Shown here: positions 34,129-46,800 of the stretch, one piece after another
Layout: each line of letters begins with the position of its first letter
Position numbering within the stretch: position 1 is the stretch's first letter
Source: Chrysemys picta bellii
Lineage: Eukaryota
Length of the DNA: 64,000 nucleotides
Direction: 5' to 3'
NCBI RefSeq assembly: GCF_011386835.1
Contig: NC_088797.1
Coordinates: forward strand, 744,001-808,000
Translations under genes and position numbers: made by a program
The notes under the pieces: model-generated
Databases searched by the model: none
What the model was told of the DNA's origin: nothing
Seen by the model: only the letters and a program-made list of their open reading frames with translations

Positions 34129-36378
34129 ATGGCCTCCCGTGCGGGCCCCCGGGCCGAGGGCACTGATGGCAGTGACTACCAGCATCGAGAGAGGGTGGCC
34201 TCCCATTACCAGATGAGGTAGGTCTGAGTGCAGGCTGGGTTGAGCCCCCGGGCCCCATTCCGGGTCCCTGCCCAGTGAGCAGGGGCAGAGTGCAGAGCCG
34301 CCCAGCTGGACTGAGCTGGTGTCCGTGAATGGCTGGGCGTTCCCTGGAGTATGTCTGTCCCCAGGGCACTGTGTGCTGGGATTCAGGGGGTCACTGGACC
34401 TGTCTGAGGCCTGAAGGTCCAAGCTGGGGCAGGGTGTGTGTGTCCGGAGCAGGTCTGTTATGCTGCAGTGCAACCTCCCCCCTGCCCAGCCCATGGTGCT
34501 GTGCACACCAGCTCTGGGTCACGAGCAGCTCCCACCAGAGTGAGCATTGCAGGCTGGTGCCCGTTGTCACGGACTCACAGATCGTGCCCACTCTTGGCCC
34601 GTGCAGTCCGTGGGGGGTGCCCCTTCCAGTGCGACAGCCCTTCTCGGGGGTCCACTCTCTCTCGGGGTCAGGCCCCTCCACCTCCTGGAGCCACACCTCT
34701 CGGAGCCTTAGTACGTCTGTCTCTGCTGTGAGCCCCCTCAGGGAGTCCACTCGCTCTGGACCCCCGGGGCCTCCACCCCCGAAGGGGTTGATGCAACCCT
34801 GTTCTCTAGACTGGAGTGACTCTCAGACAGCATAAAACAGGAGGGTTTATTGAGAGTTGAACACAGCACAGGAAACTCTCAGGGCCTCAGGCCTGGCCTC
34901 CCTCAGCCCAGCACATCCCAGTCTCCCTGCATCCAGGTGGGCTCTGCCTGCTCCCCCTCTCCAGCCCAGAGCCCCCCTGCTCCCAGCTGGGCATCTGAGA
35001 TCCCCGGCCCCAAGCCCCACCTCTGTCCATTGTCTTCTCTCCAGGTAAACAGGGTCGTACACCGGGGCCTCCTCTCCTCGCTTCTGTCCTCTGGCTGGAA
35101 CCGGCTGGTTAGGTCACTGGGTCCTCACTCTGCAGCCCATTGTCCTCCCACTGACCAGAACCGGCTGCGTCTCCTCAGCTGGGCCTCCGGGTCACCAGGT
35201 CACTGGTCGCTGGGGTCTCCATCCTCCCGGCCATTGGCTGGGTCCCCGAGTCCTCTGTCCAGTCCTCTGCAAAACACACTCCCTCTCCCCTCACCTCGTT
35301 AAACCAGTAACACCCAGGGAAACTGAGTCCCACCCCCTCTGCATGCAAACCATTGAAAACTCCACAGAAAACAAGAAAACCCCCCACTTTGTCACACCCT
35401 GCCCCCGCCAGGGGTGTTCCCTGCACAAACCAGGCTGCTTGTGGCTTTGGCTGGACGGGGGCAGAGGCCAGAGAGCGTCCAGGCTGACCTGCAGCTTCAT
35501 TCTCTGTTGTGCTGTCCCGGAGCACTCTGCCCCCAGCCCCAGTCAGGGGGGGAGGCCCCGTCCATCTGCCCGGGGAAGCGGCTCAGTCAGGCTTCATGCC
35601 CAGCAGCTGCTTCCCGCTGGGACCTACTCAGAGGAATCTGCCCTTCCTGCCGGGCTCACCTGCTCCGTAGCCTTCAGGCTGGTGGTGCTCCAGGATCACG
35701 CCCTGCTGGTGCCTTCGTCAGTACCCCAGCGAGACACGTGCTGCCGGGGCTGGTTTGCAGCCTCGCTCTGTTGGGGTCCTGGCTTCAGGCTCTGTCCACA
35801 GCTCTTGCCAGCCCGGCTGCCATCTCTCCTGCCTCCGAGTCCTTCCTGCCCCTCAGGCAACGCTAGGGAGCCCATCGAAGTGCGAGCCTGAGCCTGGCTT
35901 TCTCCCTCTCTGCAGTGTGGCCCTGAAGTCCGAGATAAAGAAGCTAATCTACATGCAGGTGGCCATCTGGCTGCTGCTCCTGGCCCAGATGTGCGTGGGT
36001 CACCTGAAGCTGCTGCCCCATGACCAGGTGGCCATGCCCTACCAGTGGGAGTACCCCTACCTGCTCAGCATCATCCCCTCTCTCTTTGGCCTCATGTCCT
36101 TCCCCCGCAACAACATCAGCTATCTGGTGCTGTCCATGATCAGCACAGGCCTGTTCTCGGTGGCACCCCTCATCTACGGCAGCATGGAGATGTTCCCCAT
36201 GGCGCAGCAGCTCTACCGCCACGGCAAGGCCTACCGCTTCATCTTCGGCTTTTCCGCCGTCTCCGTCATGTACCTGCTGGTGGTGGTGGCGGTGCAGGTG
36301 CACGGCTGGCAGCTCTACTACAGCAAGAAGCTCCTGGACTCCTGGTTCAGCAGCACGCAGGAGAAGAAGAAGAAATGA
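34129..36378 (+). CDS. JAGN1: Protein jagunal homolog 1 (183 aa, 2 coding exons, intact)
   Basis: Exon 34129-34217 reads [30 protein letters not shown]. Exon 35916-36378 reads [12 protein letters not shown]...[11 protein letters not shown]...[10 protein letters not shown]...STQEKKKK* (C-terminal dilysine ER-retrieval motif). Total 552 nt. Confidence 0.98.
34565..35396 (-). mobile_element. Solo LTR (~830 bp) in the JAGN1 intron
   Basis: Termini TGTCACGG...TTTGTCACA. TTTATT (minus-strand AATAAA) at ~34847. Motifs shared with the elements at 45946, 54019 and 56405. TSD imperfect. Confidence 0.65.
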
Positions 36379-37229
36379 AGCGGGACTGGGAGCCACACAC
36401 CTGTATGACTGGGGGGGGGGGGGATGCTGCCATCCCCAGGGGGCTGGATGGCACCATGGTGGGGGTCCCCATTTTTGGGTAGCTCTACTGGCAAACACTC
36501 AAAGCTCCCTATAGACTGGGCTGCCCTGCCACTTACCCCAGCTGGAGTGTGCTCAGGGCCCCTCCAGCCCTAGCCCTGGCTGGCAGTGACTGACCGTTCT
36601 TCAGTGGCTGGTGGGCCAGGGCTGGGTAGGGGGGCAGCTCCTGATGCGACCAGGGTACCCTCACCAGAAGTCCCCTGGCAGCACTTGGCTCTCGTGCCTC
36701 TGCCCGGTTGGCTGGGATGAGAGGGGCGTGCAGGATGGGAGTGGCCCGGGGGCAGCCATCAGCCCTTCCTGATCTCCCCATTTCATGGAGCAGAAAGGTG
36801 CCCTGACCCCAGTGCCGCTGCCCTGAAGTCTGACAACATGGCACAGACCCAGGACTGCAGACGGTTGGCGCAGCGCTGCCCACTCCCACAATGGCTTGTG
36901 CTGTGCTGGGCCAATGTCTGTGTCTGAGGCCCAGTCTGCACCAGTGCCCTGCCCGTATTGCCCGGGGGGCATGCAGGGCCCTCCCTTCCCCCGCAGGTGG
37001 GTGAATTCCATGCCTCTGCCTGGGAAGGAGCAGCTCCAGGTCACCAGAGAGCCAGTGGTCACAGGCCAGGTGCCTCCCAGCCCCCAGTGCCGCTGGCTAC
37101 GAGAGGGGCTGGGCTGGGGGGAGGGGAGTCGGGCAGCGCTGGGGCAGAGGGGCCGAGGGGTCGGGCCGGGCCCCGCCCCCAGCACTGGCACAAGCTGCTT
37201 CTCCCACATGGAGTGACCAGAAAGGATGA

Positions 37230-37235
37230 AATAAA
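37230..37235 (+). terminator. Candidate JAGN1 polyadenylation signal AATAAA
   Basis: First AATAAA after the JAGN1 stop, about 850 nt downstream. Confidence 0.55.
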
Positions 37236-38919
37236 GAGCCACCTTGCTGAGCAAGCAGCCTCCAGCATCTGTCTGCCGGGGGTGGGGGAAGGGCAGGTAT
37301 CCTCGCTGCCCTGGGTTGATTTGTGTCCCTTAGCTGCTCCCCCGAGTCTGTCCTGCTGTCGGGTCCCCAGAGCCCCCAGGGATGGCAGTGCCTAGACCCC
37401 TGCTGATCTGCCCCCCCCCCCCAAAGCGTGTTCGTCCTCCCAGCCCCCGTCTGTGCCCCTCTGAGAGATGAGCCTGTTGCCCCCCCTGAAAGCCAGCCAT
37501 GGCCACAGGTGACTCCTGTCCCCACACCTGGGTCCTGGCCAGCCTTTCAGGTGCTTGTTGGGCCCTGGCCTGGTGGGACAGGGGCGTTGGGCACAGGTTG
37601 GTTTGCCCTGAGGAGAGAGGCCTGCTCCTACCACCAGCTGTGCACCCCGCCTCTTAGGGAGAGCAAACCAGGCCCAAGGCTGCCTGCTCCTGCCCCATTG
37701 CCAGGGGCTCTGCCTGTCCCAGTCGCTGGGGCGAGGGAGAGCTTGTGTCAGCAGCCATTAGAGGGAGCGCCCTGGGGGGCTGGGGACGAAGGTGGTCCTG
37801 ATCTGGGGGGGCACCATAGTGACAGGCCAGAGAAGAGGCTGTGGGGCCTGGGTGAGGAGGGACATGCCTGTTGTGGTGCTGGGGTGACCCTGCCTTAGGG
37901 GGCAGTTCTTTGGGCCGTGCCTTGGAGTGGTGGGGGGTGATGGAGCAGAGTTCTGCCTTGGTGCCGTGGCATCTGCTTCTGCACCTGGGGGCAGGACCTG
38001 ATCCTGTGTGTGCTGCTGCCCTTGGAGGGGTCCGTTGCTGTGTGCCCCTCCCGCAGACCCATGGGCTTTGGGACCGGCTCTGGGGGCCCCCTGCAGCGAG
38101 CCAGAGCCCCAGGGGTCCCACTCAGGCCTCTGGGCTCCAGCCCACTGCTCCAGCCCACGAGCTCTGCCCAGCGAGTGCCCGAGACAGAGCCGGGCAGAGA
38201 CTCGTACCACCCTAGGGAGCAGGGCCCCTCTGCCAGCACCTGCAGAGACACAGCCAGGCTCATCAGTCACCTCGCCCCAGCACAGGCAGCCCTGGGGGAG
38301 CCTCCCGCAGAGCCCAGCCAAGCTGTAGGGACCCCCTGGGCTCCCCCTCTGTCTGATCCCCTGCCGGACTCCCAGGGGTGCCCTCCCGCTTCCCCGCAGC
38401 CAGTGCTTAACCACCCCCCGCCCGCCCCCTGTTCCCAGCTGGGGAGCTGCAGCTCCAGGTTGGGGGTCGTGGTCCCTCGGGGGTCCTGGTTGCTAGGTGC
38501 CGGATTCCCCATTGCCTTCCCCATGCGCCACTGCTAGGGGGACTAAGGCCCAGGCAGCCTGGGGACCCCCTCCCTCTGTCTGCTAGCCTGCCCCAGAGCA
38601 CACAGCCCTCCCCCTGCCTGCCACGAGGCAGCAGAGGGGAAACTGAGGCCCGCAGGCTTCATACCACTAAGTGATGCTGGGGGCTGGGCTGTTCGCTTTC
38701 AAAGGCGGGGCTCCCCTGCCAGCTCTGTGCGGGGGGGGGGGGCAGCACCCCCGGACAGAGCCCAGCTGCCACGTGAGGGGGAGGCTGCCGCTGCACGTGC
38801 TGCCCGCGCGTGGGCTCCCTGCAGGCCGCCGCAGTCTCACAGGAAACCTGAACTAAACCAGGTCAACCGCCGTGTCCCCATTACCCTGCGGCGGGGGCGG
38901 GGGCGGGGACAGCGGGGGG

Positions 38920-39790
38920 GAGACGGAGCTTTCGGGGGGGCAGCGCCCTGCGGCGGGGGCAGCGCGGAGACGGAGCTTTCGGGGGGGCAGCGTCCTGGGG
39001 CGGGGGGGAGACGGAGCTTTCGGGGGGGGGCAGCGCCCTGCGGCGGGGGGGCAGCGGGGAGACGGAGCTTTCGGGGGGCAGCGCCCTGCGGCGGGGGGGC
39101 AGCGGGGAGACGGAGCTTTCGGGGGGCAGCGCCCTGGGGCGGGGGCAGCGGGGAGACGGAGCTTTCGGGGGGGCAGCGCCCTGCGGCGGGGGTGGGGGGA
39201 CAGTGGGGAGACGGAGCATTCGAGGGGAGCAGCGCCCTGCGGCGGGGGTGGGGGGGCAGTGGGGAGACGGAGCTTTCGGGGGGCAGCGCCCTGGGGCGGG
39301 GGCGGGGGGGCAGTGGGGAGACGGAGCTTTCGGGGGGGCAGCGCCCTGCGGCGGGGGCGGGGGGCAGTGGGGAGACGAAGCTTTCGGGGGGCAGCGCCCC
39401 GCGGCAGGGGTGTGGGGGGCAGTGGGGAGACGGAGCTTTCGGGGGGAGCAGCGCCCTGCGGCGGGGGTGGGGGGACAGTGGGGAGACCGAGCTTTCGGGG
39501 GGGGGCAGCGCCCTGCGGCAGGGACGGGGGGGGCAGTGGGGAGACGGAGCATTCGGGGGGGGGGGGCAGCGCCTGCGGCGGGGACGGGGGGGCAGTGGGG
39601 AGACGGAGCATTCGGGGGGCAGCGCCCTGCGGCGGGGGTGGGGGGCAGTGGGGAGACGGAGCTTTCGGGGGGCAGCGCCCTGGGGCGGGGGTGGGGGGGC
39701 AGTGGGGAGACGGAGCATTCGGGGGGCAGCGCCCTGCGGCGGGGGTGGGGGGGCAGTGGGGAGACGGAGCTTTCGGGGGGCAGCGCCCTG
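38920..39790. repeat. ~45-55-bp G-rich minisatellite (GGGGAGACGGAGCTTTCGGGGGGCAGCGCCCTGCGGCGGGG)
   Basis: About 17 tandem copies between JAGN1 and IL17RE. Confidence 0.95.
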
Positions 39791-40049
39791 ATCCGCGGGC
39801 TGCTGGCGATAATTCTCACCAGCATGTACTGGGCCTGGGGCTCCCCCGTGGGGAGCGCCCCCCCCCCCATGGTGTTTGTTGCTCTGAGGGTCCCAGGCCT
39901 GGCCCCAGGGTCCCGGCTGCCAGGAAGCGGGTGTTAGCTGCCCTGCTGCTGGGGACAGCTCCTGGCAGACACCTCGGTGCCAAGTCCCTGGCAGGGGCCA
40001 CCGCCCGCTCTCCTGGGGAGTTGTGTCCCCCGGCACCAGCTGTGCCCCC

Positions 40050-40850
40050 TGCCGCCGAGTGTGAGCACCCCCCGCCCCGGGCAGCCCATCCTGCCGCCCA
40101 TCCCCGCCGCACCTGGGCGCCTGCCAGGTATCTGGCACCAGCACAGCCGGGGCGGGGGGCGCCCCCCGCGATCCGGCCGAGAGGCAGAGCCCGGTGCGGG
40201 GCTGCCGGGGGCGGAGGGCCCCGGGGGGTGGCTCCCGCCCCGCCCCGCGATGATGAAGCGGGGCGGGCAGGAATGCGGCCGAGCCGGCCGGGCCGGGTGC
40301 CGTGTGCGCCCCGCGCAGCCATGCGCCAGCCCCGCTGATGGGGCGTCCCGCGCCCTGCGCCCTGCTGCTGGCCGCCGTCCTGCTGCTGGCCGGGCCCCGG
40401 GCCGGAGCGCCGCGCCCCCGCGTCACCGCCAACTTCGTAAGGCTCGGGCGAGGGGTGCGGGGGGCTGCGGGGTCCCGGGGCCGGAGCCGGAGGTTCATCC
40501 CGGCAGCCACCCGCTCCCAGAGCCCCGGCGGGCACCCAGCGGCGAGGGGCCGGGCCGGGGAGTCCGGGCAGCTCCGTGCCCCGCTCGCTGGCCGGGCCCT
40601 CCCGGGAGCTGGACGAGAACCAGCCCTGGCTGGGCCGGGGCCCCGGGACACTGAGGGCGGGTCAGGGGGCGCTTTGGGCGCTGTGATCCCCGCGCTGGGA
40701 ACGGGGGGCCCCGGGGAGCGGGGGGTAACGGGATTTGGGGCGCGCGGTTGTAGGGAGCGAGGCCGCCGCTGGGCCCGGCCTGACCCACCTGTAGGAGTTG
40801 GGGGAGCTGGGCTGGGTCCGGGCCGCTGCAGAGCCTAGGGCGGGTTGTTT
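40050..40850 (+). promoter_or_regulatory. IL17RE CpG island / promoter and first exon region
   Basis: CpG-dense segment surrounding the ATG at 40338. Confidence 0.6.
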
Positions 40851-43800
40851 GTGTTCCGTGGGGCGAGCGGCGCCCGGGCCGGGGCTCCAGGGTGGGTCGG
40901 TAGCGGGGGTGCAGAGTAGGGTGGCCAGATGAGAGGAAGAAAAGATCGGGACACGGGGGTCCGCCGGCGGAGCGAAATATCGGGACAAACAGCTACAAAT
41001 CGGGGCGGTCCCCGGTCTGGTCACCCTCGTGCAGAGAACAGGGCTGGCTGGGGGGCAGGTGCAGTAACGAACCGGGCTCTGTCATGAGGAGGAAATGGCT
41101 GGTCCAGCAGCTAGCGAGAAACGGGGCAAAATGAGACCAGGACAAAACCGGGAGGGGGAGGGAGCCACCGCCATGAATCTGCCTTGGCTGGGCCCCAGGG
41201 CCGGGGTCAGCGCTGCATGGCCGGGGCGGGGAAGCGCCGCAGGGTTAGAACCTGCCTTGCAGTCACAGGGGCGAGGGGCTCACTCTGGTGAGCGCCCCAC
41301 GAGCCGGCCCGGGGCGAGGGAGCCCAGCCTGTCCCTGCCCCACGGGAACAGATCGTGGGCGATGGGCTGTTGGCTCCGGCAGCGAAGGGGAACCCGGCCC
41401 TGGGGCTGGAAGCTGATCCCAGGCAGACAGGGAATGAGGCGAGTTTGGACGGGGAGGGTTTCCTGGGGCAGGGCCCGTGGGGGATTCTCCATCCCTGGCC
41501 ATGGTTCAGTGGGGAGCGGGTGTTTGCCAACAGCTCTGCTCGAGGGGCTCCAGAGGGCAGGTCTCTGCCTCGCTGGGCACGGGGCCAGACATGGGGATTG
41601 CGATGGTCCCTGCTGGCCTGGGGACTTAGGACTGAAACGTGGGCAGCAGGTTAAAACGGAGGAAAGGATCCACTTCTTTACACTGGGCGTAATTAGCCAG
41701 TGGAACTTACTGCCACATGGAATCCTTGAAGCCAAGAGTGAGCTCGGGGACACTTGTGTGAAGAATGGGGGTGCCCGTGGTTACACCGGGAGCGGAATCA
41801 GTGCGTGGGCAGGGCACACACTGCCGGGGCCAGGGGAGCGTTCCAGAAATGCCAGGGGGGCTCCTGTTCCTGCCTGGGAGCAGCAGGTGCTGGGTACTGC
41901 TGGGGAGGGGGGGAAAGAGGGGTGGATTCCCTGGGGTCCCCATGTGGGGGAGGGGGTGGATTCCTCACTACAGGTAAAAAGAACAGGAGTACTTGTGGCA
42001 CCTTAGAGCCTAACACATTTATTTGAGCATAAGCTTTCGTGGGCTACAGCCCACTTCATCAGATGCATGCAGTGAAAAATACAGTAGGAAGATATATATA
42101 TATAGATATATACACAGAGAACATGAAAAAATGGGGGTTGCCATACCAACTCTAACGAGACTAATCAATTAAGGTGGGTTATTATCAGTCCGGTTTGGCC
42201 AATGTACATGGCAGAGGGGCATTGCTGGCACATGATGGCATATATCACATTGGTAGATGTGCAGGTGAACGAACCCCTGATTGTGTGGCTGATGTGGTTA
42301 GGTCCTATGATGGTGTCCCTTGAATAGATATGTGAACAGTCTCTATGCAAAAGAATAAATGGACACAAATCAGACGTCAAGAATTATAACATTAAAAAAC
42401 CAGTCAGAGAACACTTCAACGTCCCTGGTCTCTCTATTACAGACCTAAAAGTCGCAATTCTCCAACAAAAAAACTTCAAAAACAGACTCCAACGAGAAAC
42501 TGCAGAACTGGAATTAATTTGCAAACTGGGCACCATTAAATTAGGCTTGAATAAAGACTGGGAGTGGATGAGTCATTACAAAAACTAAACTATTTCCCCG
42601 TGCTAATATTTCCCCTACTGTTACTCACACCTTCTTGTCAACTGTTGGAAATCCTGATTATCACTACAAAAGTTTTTTTTCTCCTGCTGATAATAGCTCA
42701 CCTTAATTAATTACTCTCGTTACAGTTGGTATGGCAACCCCCATTTTTCATGTATCAGGGGGTAGCCGTGTTAGTCTGTATCTACAAAAACAACAAGGAG
42801 TCTGGTGGCACCTTAAAGACTAACAGATTTATTTGGGCATAAGCTTTCGTGAGTAAAAACCTCACTTCTTCGGATGCATCCGAAGAAGTGAGGTTTTTAC
42901 TCACGAAAGCTTATGCCCAAATAAATCTGTTAGTCTTTAAGGTGCCACCAGACTCCTTGTTGTTCCCATTTTTCATGTCCTCTGTGTATATATATCTTCC
43001 TACTGTATTTTCCACTGCATGCATCTGATGAAGTGGGCTGTAGCCCACGAAAGCTCAAATAAATGTTAGTCTCTAAGGTGCCACAAGGACTCCTGTTCTT
43101 TTTGCTGATAGAGACTAACACAGCTACCGCTCTGAAACCTGTCACTACAGGCAGTTTAGCACTGTTCTCGGGGCGGGGGGGGGCGGCTCACAGGGGGCCG
43201 TGTCTGTTTCTGGCTCTGTGGCCTGACCGTGCCATAAGAACCTAAGAGCGGCCATAGTGGGTTAGACCAAAGGTCCACTTAGCCCAGTGTCCTGTCTGCC
43301 GACAGTGGCCAATGTCAGGTGCCCCAGAGGGAATGAACAGAACAGGGAATCAGCAAGTGATTCATCCCCTGTCGCTCATTCCCAGCTTCAGGCAAACACC
43401 ATCCCTGCCCATCCTGGCTAGTAGCCATTGATGGACCTATCCTCCATGAACTTATCTAGTTCTTTTTTGAACCCTGTTACAGTATTGGCCTTCACAACAT
43501 CCTCTGGCAAGGAGTTCCGCCAGGCCTGGCTTCTGGGCTTCCTGGCTGTCCTCGGCCTGCTCAGTTCTCAGCCTGCTCCTCGCCCCACAGCCAGGCAGTG
43601 GTGTGGGGCAGCCAGCCCTTTGCTGCAGTCCCTGGCCACCTGCCCAGTGGGTGGGTGGCAGAAGGGGCCCACAGGTGCCTGCATTGGGCCCGTGGGCAGG
43701 AGGGCAGTGACCTTGTCTGGGATGCAGGCTGGGAGTTAGAGGTGCGAAGGGCTTGTTAGCTTGAGCATCAGTCCAGAAATCAGCTGGGGTTGGCCCTGCC

Positions 43801-46800
43801 CTGGGCACCCCGGGGTCCAGCTCGGGGCACCCTGCTTGGAATGACTGTTTACGCAGGCGTTGCGACGACGATCATTTAACCACAAAGCTCTGGATTCGCT
43901 CCAAAGGCCAAAATGTGGCTCCCTAAAAGCAGTTCCCCACATCAAGGCACTAAGCCAGGGCTGCCTCGACCCATGGCGGTCGCTCCGGTGTGGGCAGGCA
44001 GGTATTAGCACTGGACGCTGCACGAGTTCCCCTCTTACCCCCTTAGCAAACCGGACCAGGGTCAGACCTTGGCTAGGGCCAGGAGAGCCGTCTCTTCCCT
44101 AGTTCGTCATTGGCTGCACCGTGCCTGATTCCGCTCACTTCCCCCCAACCTGGAAATAAGGGAACTTCCGTGGGTCACTGCTGGAGGAACCCCGGCGCCC
44201 GCTTCTCCTGAGCCCATGGGCCTGGGGCCTGTCACTCACGCTGACATCCCACCTGCATGGAGAGCTGTCCTTCACCCGGCTCTGCTGCAGGCCTGTATTC
44301 CCGCAGCCCGGGGCCTACCTGCGGTCCGTCAGGGGAGCCAGCGGAAAACGTGCCAGGCACGTGCTGCTGCTCTGGGTGAACCCCAGCCCCGTCTCAGCCC
44401 TGAACTTGTTGTACTCAAAGTACTGCACAGGATCTTTTCAGGGGGAATAAGGCAAAACGCCACATTTATTAGTAATACATGTATTTATTAACACTGTATT
44501 ATATGCATATAATATATTACACTTACACTCACACACACACACAAACACACTCCATCTTGTTGTTACCAATTAGTTGCTCCCCTTAACTTCACTGGCCAGG
44601 TGAGTTAGATGGGGGAGGGGGTGGAGCCGGGCTTCTGCCGATCCGGATCGATGCTCCCATGTTGACAAGACGAGACCCGGGGTCCTCTGCAAGACACCTC
44701 ACTTTTATAGCAGCTTTTCTCTTATGCAAATCTAGACCAGATTCAAACTCTGTGTCTGTGTCCATTGGTCCTTTGTGCTGCTTTTCTTTTGAGTGTTGTC
44801 CCAATGCTGCAAAGAGGGTGTTTCCAAAAGAAGGTGCTTGCTTCTAACCCCCGAGGCCATCGGTATGTCTGCTTGTCTTTAATGAGCCCACTTGACACGT
44901 TTTATTGTCCTTGGGTCTGGCTCCCAGCCCCTCTCCAACAGTTGAGGCTGTCTGGAGGTGCTGCCTTCCATGCCTTGCTCATCCACACCTCATTCATTCA
45001 ACAGGGCAATTGATTAAGAGTGGGGGGGAAAGAGAGCTCTTGTTCTACTGCTAGCAAAAAGAAATTTTTCTTCTATCTTATTCTATCCTTAGGGGCTATA
45101 ATATGATACCAAGGGCAATGCAAAGTTTCTAAATGAGGTTTTGATACAAAGTCCCATGAAAACAGAGGTCACACGTGGGTAGACCCACCACAAGGTTATA
45201 TGAAGAGGCACAATGTAAAGTCATATGAAAATTATCAGAGATTGATCTACAAACTGCTCAGCCGGGGGAGCCTGCTGGGAGCGGAGATAAACCACTGCGG
45301 CTTCCCTGAGCAGAATACTCATGGGGGTGCTGTGGGCCGCCGGGGGGAGGGGTGGCTCTGGGTGCCAAGGGCTGCCAGGGGTGGGTGGGGTGGCTCTGGC
45401 CCTGTGGGCCGCTGGGGTTGGGTGGCTCTGGGTGCCGGGGAACACCAAGGACAGGGTTGCTGGGGACTGCCGGGGGGAGGGGGTGCTGGGTGCTACCTGT
45501 TGGCCAAGGCCTCCCACTAACACGGCTCCTTGTCCTTTGCTCACAGGCCTGCAGAGTCAGGGGTAAGTAAATCCGCTCTGTTAGTGGTGCTGGCTGTGGG
45601 GCAGGCAAGGGGCAGCTGGGGCGCTAGGGGGCAGCACTGCTCGGTCCCTCCCTCCTTCCACCTGCGGCTGGGTCACAACTGTGCCAAGCTGGGGTGCGGT
45701 GGGAGGGGGCCATACTGGGACTCTGCCAAGGAAAACCAGACTCTGCCTTCAGTGGTGGTGCCAGCTCCCATGCAGTCAGTGCTGCCCCCAGCGGGCTGCT
45801 AGGGGGTGCTGGGCTGCGGGGCGGGGACTCAGCGGGGGTGCTCTCCCCTCACTGTCAGTGCTGACCCCAGTGCAGCGCCAAGGTCCCTGTACTGTGGGGG
45901 AGGGGTACCCCAGGGGAGGGACCCAGCGGGGACTGGCAAGGCTGGGTGTCACGGGGTCCCCGGGCGATGCTGGAACTGCTCCCTGCGCAGCCAGGCAGGA
46001 CTCTGGGGGAGCCTCCTCCCTGAGCAGACTGTCCCCGGGCAAGAAGCTCTCACGGCTTCACCTTCCTGGGTCTGACCTGGAGCATCCAGCCTCCCCTGCC
46101 CCACCGTGCGCTTCCCGCAGCGAGTCCGCTTGGGCAGGGTCCGGGGGCAGCCAGAGGGTCCTGCCCCCCAACTCCGCAGTCAGACGTGACTGTCAGCCAG
46201 TCAGTAACACAGGTTTAGTAGACGACAGGAACACAGTCCCAAACAGAGCTTGTAGGTCCAGAGAACAGGACCCCTCAGTCAGGTCCATCTTGGGGCCTTC
46301 ATTTTTCCAGCCAGCTCCAAACTGAAACTCTCCAGCCCCTCCTCTGTCCTTTCTCCCTTTCCCGGGCTAGGAGGTCACCTGATCTCTTTGTTCTCCCACA
46401 CCTCCAGTTGTAGGGTTACCATATTTTGAGTGTCCAAAAAGAGGACACTCCACGGGGCCCCAGCCCCGCCCACGCCAGAACTCCACCCCTTCCCCAAAGT
46501 CCCCGCCCCAACTCCGCCCCCTCCCCTGCTTCCCGCGAACATTTGATTCGCGGGAAGCCTGAAGCAGGTAAGGGGGGCGGGGGGGAGGAGGCGCGTCTCC
46601 AGCACTGCCGGCCCGGCCCCGGCCCCCGGCTCAGCACCGCCAGCCCGGCCCCAGCCCCCGGCTCAGCACCGCCGGCCCCGCATGTCCCGATTTTCCCGGA
46701 CATGTCCGGCTTTTTGGGATTTCCCCCCGGATGGGGATTTGAAGCCCAAAAAGCCGGACATGTCCGGGAAAATCCGGACGTATGGTAACCCTATCCAGTT

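Larger units (their letters stand above)
41975..43141. mobile_element. Penelope-like retroelement remnant (GIY-YIG C-terminus, inverted pseudo-LTRs) with a nested palindromic element
   Basis: Minus strand reads [28 protein letters not shown]; plus strand reads [27 protein letters not shown]...[31 protein letters not shown] (GIY-YIG). Terminal inverted arms. 10-bp TSD TCACTACAGG at 41965-41974 and 43142-43151. Confidence 0.9.
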
